Below are positions 54,606-64,000 of a stretch of 64,000 nt of DNA, piece by piece. A program made the position numbers and the translations under genes. This DNA is from Octopus vulgaris. Lineage: Eukaryota. Each line of letters opens with the position of its first letter. Position 1 is the stretch's first letter. Below the pieces are notes generated by a model that saw only the letters and a program-made list of their open reading frames with translations, made no database searches and had not been told where the DNA came from. The stretch spans positions 74,524,001 through 74,588,000 of the forward strand of contig OX597820.1 in NCBI GenBank assembly GCA_951406725.2. Reading direction: 5' to 3'.

Positions 54606-56923
54606 ATTTTCACACTACACTTGCTCCAGATGTGGTTACGAACGATGTTAACGCGACATTGCCTTTAATAGTATGTTTACTACAGCTGTTATTGTTGCAA
54701 TTCTTGCTGCTATTTTTGCAAAGTCAAGACAACGACTGCAATGACGATGATGATGATGAGTTGCAATAGTGTTGCTAACGTTGTCAACCTGTTCTGACAA
54801 TGCTGTTGCTGATTCAACCAGTTTAGGTGCGGGTATCGTCACTTCTACTGTTGTTGCTATTGCTGTTATCGCTGTTGTTATCGCCACAGTCGTTGCTATT
54901 GTTGCTATTGCTGACGTTGCCGTTACTTGTGATTTACAAGTCTACTTTTTACCGCTTCCTGTCTGTGTACTGCGGCCATGCTGTGTTGCTATGTTATTGC
55001 AACCGCTGTTGTTGTTGTTGTTGTTACTAATTGTGTTGCTATTACTGCTGTTGGTTTTCTTGTCAATATTTATATTTTTACTTGTTTTGTTTACTTTTTC
55101 ATGAAAAGTCATATTTGTTCAAAAAAATATTGCTATATTTATTTTTCCTTTGTTAGCCATTTTCTCCCACGTCCTCTTCCCCACTTCCCCTTCCTCCACC
55201 CTCTTACTCTCTCCCTCTCTGTCTCATATCAGTTTTCATTATTTTATTAAAATATTAAGAAAGAAAGCGATAGAAGTAATACAATTCTATTTGAAAAATG
55301 CCTGACAGCATGTCTGCCAAGCTTAATAGAACAAAAACAAAAAAATAAGGTCAGATATATAGTGTACGAATAATAACTAGTTTTAATAAAGATATTTATA
55401 GATTCTACGAATGAAATCGGCAGCTGACAAATGGCTTAGGAATACTTTCTACTAGAGTATGTAAGTTCGATCCTAGGTTGCACCAAATGTATCGCTTTTT
55501 ATAACACTGATACAATTAAGAAATGCCAAGTCAACCGTTTGCGTTTTCGCTACGTCTTTCTAGTAAATACGGGATGATTCCAAATGCCTTTAGCAGTACT
55601 ATAATCTTTTCTACTCAAGGCACAAGGCCCTCCCTCCCTGGCAACTCCCATTTTCTCACTACAGTCATCACTCCTCTCCAGTGCATTCGTTAATCTTCCA
55701 CCTCTGTCCGCTGTTGATTACTACAACTCAGGGATTCCAGGACAACTATTCTACTTTCTTAATAAAAGCGACAAAAACAGTGAACTTGACGTGCTGAGTG
55801 GAAAATCCGATATTTCAGACAGTCCTTCTCAAGGAAAAGTTCTCTCCTGTCAACTTGTCCACGAAGAACGACTATTTTCAAATTTCCGCTCCCCAGGGCA
55901 AGTCTACCGTACCATATTAGTCAATATAGCAAATAATTCAGTTCTTACTAATACACTCCAAAACCAGTTTCTTTGGCCTCACATTGACTTTATAATCCAT
56001 TCTCTAACCGATCATACAACCGGGGGTTTAAACTAGTTATGCTGAACAAATGGAAATGATTTTCACAATATAGTTCCATTTTTAGGATAATGATTATTCT
56101 CTCGTCTTTTCTCAATAATATTTTCCAAAATATATAAAGCAATCTATCAAAAAATATTTACAGCAAAATGGCAAGAACAGTGTTAAAATTCTTTTATGAA
56201 TTTGATATACCATTTAAATGAGAAAGGGGCATCAGAACTACAGTGTAAATCAATAAAAAGACTGATCGATAGCTAATCGGATTACGAACAGATGAGGGTG
56301 TTGGTTTGTATGCTATCACCAGTACAATGCATTTTCTTAAAAAACCTGAATCAACTAGTTCCAAGAAAAATAGGTAACTGTTGCAGCGAAGAAAAAAAAG
56401 GGCGATAATGGAGATGCTTAAGTAAGTTACATGCTTGGAGTGCCAAGTAACCAAAAAGCCTTCCTCTGGATACTTCGTCTTCTTCAGTTAGATAATTTCT
56501 GCTTGCTTGAGAAATGAAAGGGAAGCTAACAATGCTGTCCTACATATAATTATTTTTATCTGGTTAAATATTCTCATTTTCTTTAGGTATTCTGGCCCAT
56601 TCCTTGTTTATTTCTCGAATTGCGTACACAAGATAGACCAATAATCTCTAAACCAGCACGTAACTGATGGGTGGGGCAGTATGTCCGTTTTACTTTGGTG
56701 TCTCCGAGTTAGGACAAATTCAACGCGGCATCGAACAACACTTTTTCACTTGCTCTATGTAGATGTCGATTCTTCAACACATTTTCTTTTGGTTTTATCC
56801 TCCTATCTGGCATTGGTTGAAAATATTCCAGTTTAAAGCTGTACTGTCTAATAAAGAATTCAATCGCTTTAGAAAACATGTCACGTTGTACGTGTTGCTG
56901 TTTTTCTTCGTACATTCCCATTA

Positions 56924-57142
56924 AACACACTAACATCAGTTATCAAGTGATGGTGGGAGGACAAACACAGACACACAAATACTTGCATGTATATGCGACA
57001 AACTTCTTTCGGTTTCCGTCTAACAAATTTACTCACAGTGCTATGGTCGACCGGCGCCTATAGTAGAAGACACTTGCCCAAGGTGCCACGCAGTGGGACT
57101 GAACCCGGATCCATATGGTTTGGAAGCAAGTTTCTTAACACA
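56924..57142 (-). mobile_element. SINE group 1, degenerate
   Basis: gacacttgcccaaggtgccacgcagtgggactgaacccgg. Confidence 0.8.
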
Positions 57143-57432
57143 CCCATATTTCATTGAAAACAAACAAAAAATATGATCTTAAATGTTGATCGTGATAAAC
57201 AGGTTTTCATGGGAAAGAATGATTTAATGGGCCTTGTTTTCTGGGAATTCAATAATGAATGGAGCAATGGAAATATGGAAGTCGTTTCTAAAATTCAAAT
57301 TACAAATCGTTACTATTGTTGTTATTTAAATTCCAATGATGGCATTTATTTCTTAGAAACCATCCCATTTTATAAAGAGAATTCATAGAATAAAATAAAA
57401 ATAAAAATGCATACATACATATGTGTGTGAGT

Positions 57433-57523
<91 letters not shown>

Positions 57524-58834
57524 AGGGAGAGAGACTTAGGCAAAAATCTACTTCTTCAGTAAATGTTTCAACTAAACATTCACTTAACAACAAACACGTG
57601 TTCTTACCATCCTATTTACATGTACTTTTACCAATTTTAACGGGTCAATGTAAAGAATTGTCAATATTGTGCTTTCTGCTTGATGGGTTTTGGACAAAAT
57701 ACATCAGGGAAATTTCAGTGATTCATTAAATTTATTTCTGTTCTAGAGAAACATTTATTAGCTTTCAATTCGAGTTCTGCTTGTCAAAAGCAAATATTTA
57801 ATGTATATATTAAATGCATACGTATAACAATGTCTTGCACGGCACATTTCAAATATTTATTTGCTTATCAACATATCAACGAACTTATGCAAGTTACGTG
57901 TGTGTGTGCGTGTGCGCAGGCGTATATGTGCATGTACGTACGTGCCTGCCTGTGTATGTGCATGTAAAGGTATCATAGTATTTGTGTGTGTGTGTGTGTG
58001 TGTGTGTGTATGAATGTGTGTATAAATATGTATAAAGAGTTAATGAATTTTTTTCCTTATTTAATAAATAGCCATTTACTTTTTAATGGGAATTCAACAA
58101 ATATGGAGGCAACAATATAAATCATCATTTGACGAATATTCTAAATGAATAAATATGTATTCTAGCTGGTAATATTTCTGGTTGAAAATGTCTGAAAAAG
58201 ATTCATCTTACATCATTTCGTTTAATATATATATGTATATATATATCACTCGTCATCATGAATTATTTTCTGATAGAGTTATATCTCTGTAAGCAGAATA
58301 TATCTCAAGATCAGGTAAGAATATTTAGGAAACTGGTTTAGACACTTTTTCCGAGTTGCTTCCTTTGTAAAATAATAAAACGCAAGAAATATTTAGCAAC
58401 AGATGTAATCTATAGCTTAATAAAAGGTGTAAAAGAAATCAATCGATATACTGATAAATAATCTATTCGGTCATATTTATCATGGTGACCTTTGTTGAGC
58501 GGCAAAGATTTACAAAGTTAATGATAAGAAGTGTATGAAAGACATCGAAGTCATTTAACGTATATTGATCAGTAAAAACAAATACTAATCGTGAGGGAAG
58601 GTGTGTCCCTTAGAGTCCTAGAAGGACTACAAGAATTTGGCGAAGATTGGAACCATAGCTACATTACAATGAAATTTCAACTGGAAGTTTGAAGTAGGAA
58701 TAAGAAGGTGGCGTAGAGAAGTACACAAAAGAAATTGTTTCAAAGACTTTTAGTGAACCGTTAATTCCTTCACATTTTTTCTCTCTGTCTTTTTTTCTTT
58801 TCTTTTTACAGTCGCTCTTCTTTATTTTTTCTAT

Positions 58835-58972
58835 TCAATCCTTTCTGTGGAAGAACGTAGACTCGAAACGTCAAAGACTTTTCCATTCTTCTCGAGCGTT
58901 AAATTAATGCACCTGCTTGTTGTTCCTTCACCCGTCTTCGTCTTTTGTTTTCTGTAAACTTGAACTATATAT
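58835..58972 (+). mobile_element. Short Penelope/retrozyme-like repeat with hammerhead-like motif (58841-58876)
   Basis: cttt-CTGTGGA-a-gaac.gtag.actc-GAAACGTC-aaag; non-canonical core. Confidence 0.55.
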
Positions 58973-60074
58973 TCATCTATGCGTTTCCACGCTCCTTGGC
59001 ACACGCATACAGAAACATACGCACGCACACTTAACTATAAAATAGATTTTGCAAATAAAATATAATATCGTATTCAGATATCAACATCCCCTTCATATAT
59101 ATATTGCAGGATATTAAATGATTGAGCTAATTGTAATACTAACATTTAACCGTCCAAATATTCCTGAAAACTAGAAGATAATCTCTACGTACAGTTATTA
59201 AAAGAAATACATGTTCTTTACCTTAGCAACCACATTTGGAGGAAGAGAGGTTTTATATGCAATGCGTTCTGTTACGATTATCAGTGAGACAGTGATTGGC
59301 GAGATAATGCGTTATCGTTTAATCTCGGGTTCTATTTATGCTACACACACACAGATTATTATTATAAAGCATAACTATTCCTATTTATGGATGTCTATGC
59401 TTGTGATATTTTTTGTATCACGGAACGGTAATTATGCTAACAATGAACAAAATGTGAATTTTGCATTTGACGAATTGTCTAATCGATTTCTTGATTAATC
59501 GTTTGGTTAATCAATTAATTATGGTTTATCAAAGCTCTTTCGTCGCCATTCTCGACCTCCTCTATGACACCTCTCTACTCCAGCTCTGATTCAGGCGTGT
59601 TTATCTCCTTACCTTAATAGTTACAAACAAATATCACTCGATTACATGGAACCCAGATCTAGTCTGCAACATCATTTCATCGGCTCCAGAGAGGAGAAAT
59701 GAAAATTCACACTGGCCGGATGTAAACACTGAAACTAAAAAAAAAAAAAAATTTTTTAAGCGGAAGCCATTCCGCAATGAATTTCTCTCGATGCCCGAGT
59801 GATTCTGGCAATGCAGCGCCTTAGTAACTAGGTAAGTAAATACCTACTACTAACGGAAGTATTGATATTATTGATATGAGTATTGCCATTATTGAATGAG
59901 TAAAATCTTTGTGTATTAGTCACAGTATTTTCATTTGTAGTTTCAATTCTGTGTGACTCCAGACATTCCCTTTGGCTAGGCATCCAACTGAAAGTAGACC
60001 ATCCGTTCTTTTTACACAGCATAAATAATGTTTATAAAAAGGATACATATAAACTCGTTAATATGTATGTACTT

Positions 60075-60075
60075 A

Positions 60076-60166
<91 letters not shown>
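60075..60166. repeat. (TCTA)n microsatellite
   Basis: Direct reading. Confidence 0.97.
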
Positions 60167-60251
60167 ATATATATATAAATATAGTGTACATTTAAATACA
60201 TAAGACATCATAGGACACCTAACACGGTAGAAGGAGTAGCCAAAATCCAAA

Positions 60252-60286
<35 letters not shown>

Positions 60287-60597
60287 AAAAGATCTCAGAA
60301 TTTTAATTGATTTGCTTTTCGCAGGAAGGAGGTTTCTTCGAAGATACGTCTCGCTTTTATCCTTCGAAACGTAGAGTAGATGAAATCTTAGCGACTGAAG
60401 AAGGGGTTTTTTCGTTGTGCTCATTGTCCTGTACTCCCCCTTTTTTTCTTGTCCTGTTCCTTGGTTTGTGTCTTGTTTTTCGTCTCTCTATGTGTTCGAC
60501 GTTTTTTTGGTGTCCTGTACACATATATGCGTGTATATGTACATGTAGAGGTAGGTACGTACATATATGTTTATATATATGCATATGTTCTTTTATT

Positions 60598-60647
<50 letters not shown>

Positions 60648-60651
<4 letters not shown>

Positions 60652-60863
60652 CGTGTATGTTTGTGTGTCTGTGTTTGTCCCCCTAGCATTGCTTGACAAC
60701 GGATGCTGGTGTGTTTATGTCCCCGTCACCTAGCGGTTCGGCAAATGAGACCGATAGAATAAGTACTGGGCTTACAAAGAATAAGTTCTGGGGTCGAGTT
60801 GCTCGACTAAAGGTGGTGCTCCAGCATGGCCGCAGTCAACTGACTGAAACAAATAAAAGAGTA
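60648..60863 (+). mobile_element. SINE group 1, 3' half
   Basis: Matches tail module; shares private variants with 61530-61745. Confidence 0.85.
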
Positions 60864-60884
60864 ATATATATATATATATGTATA

Positions 60885-60965
<81 letters not shown>

Positions 60966-61083
60966 TATACATATATATAATTAATCAATATAGGGTGGCA
61001 AAAAAAAAATTTTGTAGAATTTTTTTGCCACCAGCGGCCTAGTGGGAAAAAATTAAATAGTCATAGACCATTTTTAAGTTCAA

Positions 61084-61324
61084 CATCAACAATCAAGGAA
61101 CGGCCATAATAGGCCATTCACCCACTAGAAATAACAGCCAAAGCTTCAACCGCAAATAAAAATCAATTCCGTAAACCAGGAGAAAATTTAAAAAAAATTT
61201 ACAGGGTAAATGTTTTTTAAATTTTCTCCTGGTTTACGGAATTGATTTTTATTTGCGGTTGAAGCTTTGGCTGTTATTTCTAGTGGGTGAATGGCCTATT
61301 ATGGCCGTTCCTTGATTGTTGATG
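61084..61324. repeat. Near-perfect 241-bp palindrome
   Basis: Arm 61084-61202 pairs with 61206-61324; one mismatch seen near the centre, 3-nt loop. Confidence 0.95.
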
Positions 61325-61416
61325 GTATACATATATATATATATATTACTCTTTTACTTGTTTCAGTCATTTGACAGCGGCCATGCTGTCAAATGACTGA
61401 AACAAATAAAAGAGTA

Positions 61417-61913
<497 letters not shown>

Positions 61914-61918
61914 GGTAA

Positions 61919-62122
61919 GTGTCTGTGTTTGTCCCCCCAACATCGCTTGACAACCGATGTTGGTGTGTCTACGTCCCTGTAACTTAGCGGTTCGGCAAAA
62001 AAGAGTCCGATAAAATAAGTACTAGGCTTACAAAGAATAAGTCCTGGGGTCGAGTTGCTCGACTAAAGGCGGTGCTCCAGCATGGCCACAGTCAAATGAC
62101 TGAAACAAGTAAAAGAGTAAAG
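61919..62122 (+). mobile_element. SINE group 1, 3' half
   Basis: Tail module match. Confidence 0.85.
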
Positions 62123-62605
62123 GATAGAGACGGAAATACATATACACACAAGCACACACTCACACATACATACACAGAAACACACATATGCACACACATA
62201 TGTAATGTGTATATATCTCATACATGTTTGAATGTGTGAATTTACATATACGCAAAAATATCTACGCCTACAAATCTGAGATATACGAAGTATATGTCTA
62301 TCTATAAATGTATTCGTGTCGTTGTGTAAACATCTTAATAATTTCTAATCAACATTACTTGTATTAATCTTAAATTGGTTTCTATTTATGTATGTATTTA
62401 TGTGTTATGTTTCTGTGTACATAACATATGCGTGTGTGTATGTGTGTGTTTGTGAGTATATTTGTGAGGGAGGGAGAGTGTTTGTGTGTATGTGTGTGTG
62501 TATGTGCGTGTGTGTGTATGTGCATATGTCTGTCTTTGCTTCATTTAATACGCAGATTTCTTGTTATTTCATTTAAATGCTATTTTAGAAAAGAAAAGTT
62601 CAAGA

Positions 62606-63280
62606 GTGCAGGAGTGGCTGTGTGGCAAGTAGCTTGCCTACCAACCACATGGTTCTGGGTTCAGTCCCACTGCGTGGCACCTTGGGCAAGTGTCTTTTAC
62701 TATAGCCTCGGGCCGACCAAAGCCTTGTGAGTGGATTTGGTAGACGGAAACTGAAAGAAGCCCGTCGTATATATGTATATATATATATGTGCATGTATGT
62801 TTGTGTGTCTGTGTTTGTCTCCCTAGCATTGCTTGACAACGGATGCTGGTGTGTTTATGTCCCCGTCACCTAGCGGTTCGGCAAAAGAGACCGATAAGTA
62901 CTGGGCTTACAAAGAATAAGTCCTGGGGTCGAGTTGCTCGACTAAAGGTGGTGCTCCAGCATGGCCGCAGTCAAGACCTTGAGCAAGTGTCTTCTACTAT
63001 AGCCTCGGGCCGACCGAAGCTTTGTCAGTGGATTTGGTAGACAGAAACGGCGTATATATCTATATATATATATATGTATGTACGTGTGTGTATAGTTTGT
63101 GTGTTTGTGTTTATACCCCCAGCATCGCTTGACAACCGATGCTGGTGTGTTTACGTCGGCAAAAGAGACCGATAGAATAAGTACCAGGCTTACAAAGAAT
63201 AAGTCCTCGGGTCAATTTGCTCGACTAAAGGCGGTGCTCCAGCATGGCCGCACTCAAATGATTGAAACAAATAAAAGAGA
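62606..63280 (+). mobile_element. SINE group 1 copy (62606-62973) followed by a second headless copy
   Basis: Head, core and tail modules; second copy restarts at accttgagcaagtgtcttc (~62976). Confidence 0.85.
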
Positions 63281-63604
63281 GTATCTCCAGACATTCACAT
63301 CTTCATTTTCATGAGTTGAATATACTTCCCGGATGTGATTTTATATATTGGTTAGATTTATATAGGCTTTCATTTCAAAGGTTTTAGACTCTTTGTACTT
63401 TGGGGTGGCTTTCCCTCCTATATATCAGAACATTAGAATAAAAAAAGGTGCAAGAATATGCATGAACAGCGTGGCCAAATAGTTAAGACAACCACTTCCC
63501 AACTACAATATACTGATTTCAATCCTACTTCATAATCTCTTCGGCGGATTTATTTACTAAACTCATAAACAATATCTACGGGTGTACCTTTTAAACATTT
63601 AAAA

Positions 63605-63952
63605 CTCGCGGTCATAGGATCGCGGTTTCGATTCCCAGACCGGGCGTTGTGAGTGTTTATTGAGCGAAAACACCTAAAAGCTCCACGAGGCTCCGGCAGG
63701 GGATGGTGGTGATCCCTGCTGTACTCTTTCACCACAACTTTCTCTCACTCTTACTTCCTGTTTCTGTTGTACCTGTATTTCAAGGGGCCGACCTTGTCAC
63801 TCTCTGTGTCACGCTGAATATCCCCGAGAACTACGTTAAGGGTGCACGTGTCTGTGGAGTGCTCAGCCACTTACACGTTAATTTCACGAGCAGGCTGTTC
63901 CGTTGATTCGGATCAACCGGAACCCTCATCGTCGTAACCGACAGAGTGCTTC
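63605..63952 (+). mobile_element. SINE group 3 with alternative 3' module
   Basis: Head/body as 16069; 3' module as ~19930-20110. Confidence 0.85.
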
Positions 63953-64000
63953 CTTTTAAGCATTTAAACCTGCTGTGTAAATCTACGCAAGTGGAAGGCA

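Noticed and set aside
55419-55485. tRNA gene (B box gttcgatcc, ends in cacca)
   Set aside because: No convincing cloverleaf or acceptor stem; at most a decayed SINE head
55730-55930. LINE RT fragment (GIPGQL...SQGKVLS)
   Set aside because: Resembles the GVPQGSVL region only weakly; not listed without a search

Overview
AT-rich, repeat-saturated eukaryotic (animal) DNA. The SINE families, the mollusc-type 5S copy and the microsatellite load suggest a cephalopod such as Octopus (inference). I found no intact protein-coding gene; nearly all listed ORFs are translations of microsatellites or SINEs. The window holds: (i) at least nine 5'-truncated R4/Dong-like non-LTR retrotransposon pieces (RT + CCHC + restriction-like endonuclease) from about five to six subfamilies, mostly stacked head-to-tail in (AAT)n tracts; (ii) dozens of copies of three tRNA-derived SINE groups; (iii) Tc1/mariner remnants, a non-autonomous Helitron, a hAT-like MITE and CR1-like RT scraps; (iv) a dispersed, probably pseudogenic 5S rRNA; (v) several minimal hammerhead-ribozyme-like motifs of Penelope/retrozyme type, one inside a fold-back element that also carries a tRNA-like Pol III head; (vi) a near-perfect 241-bp palindrome nested in inverted SINE copies near 61 kb. 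Coordinates were read by eye and degenerate repeat boundaries are approximate.
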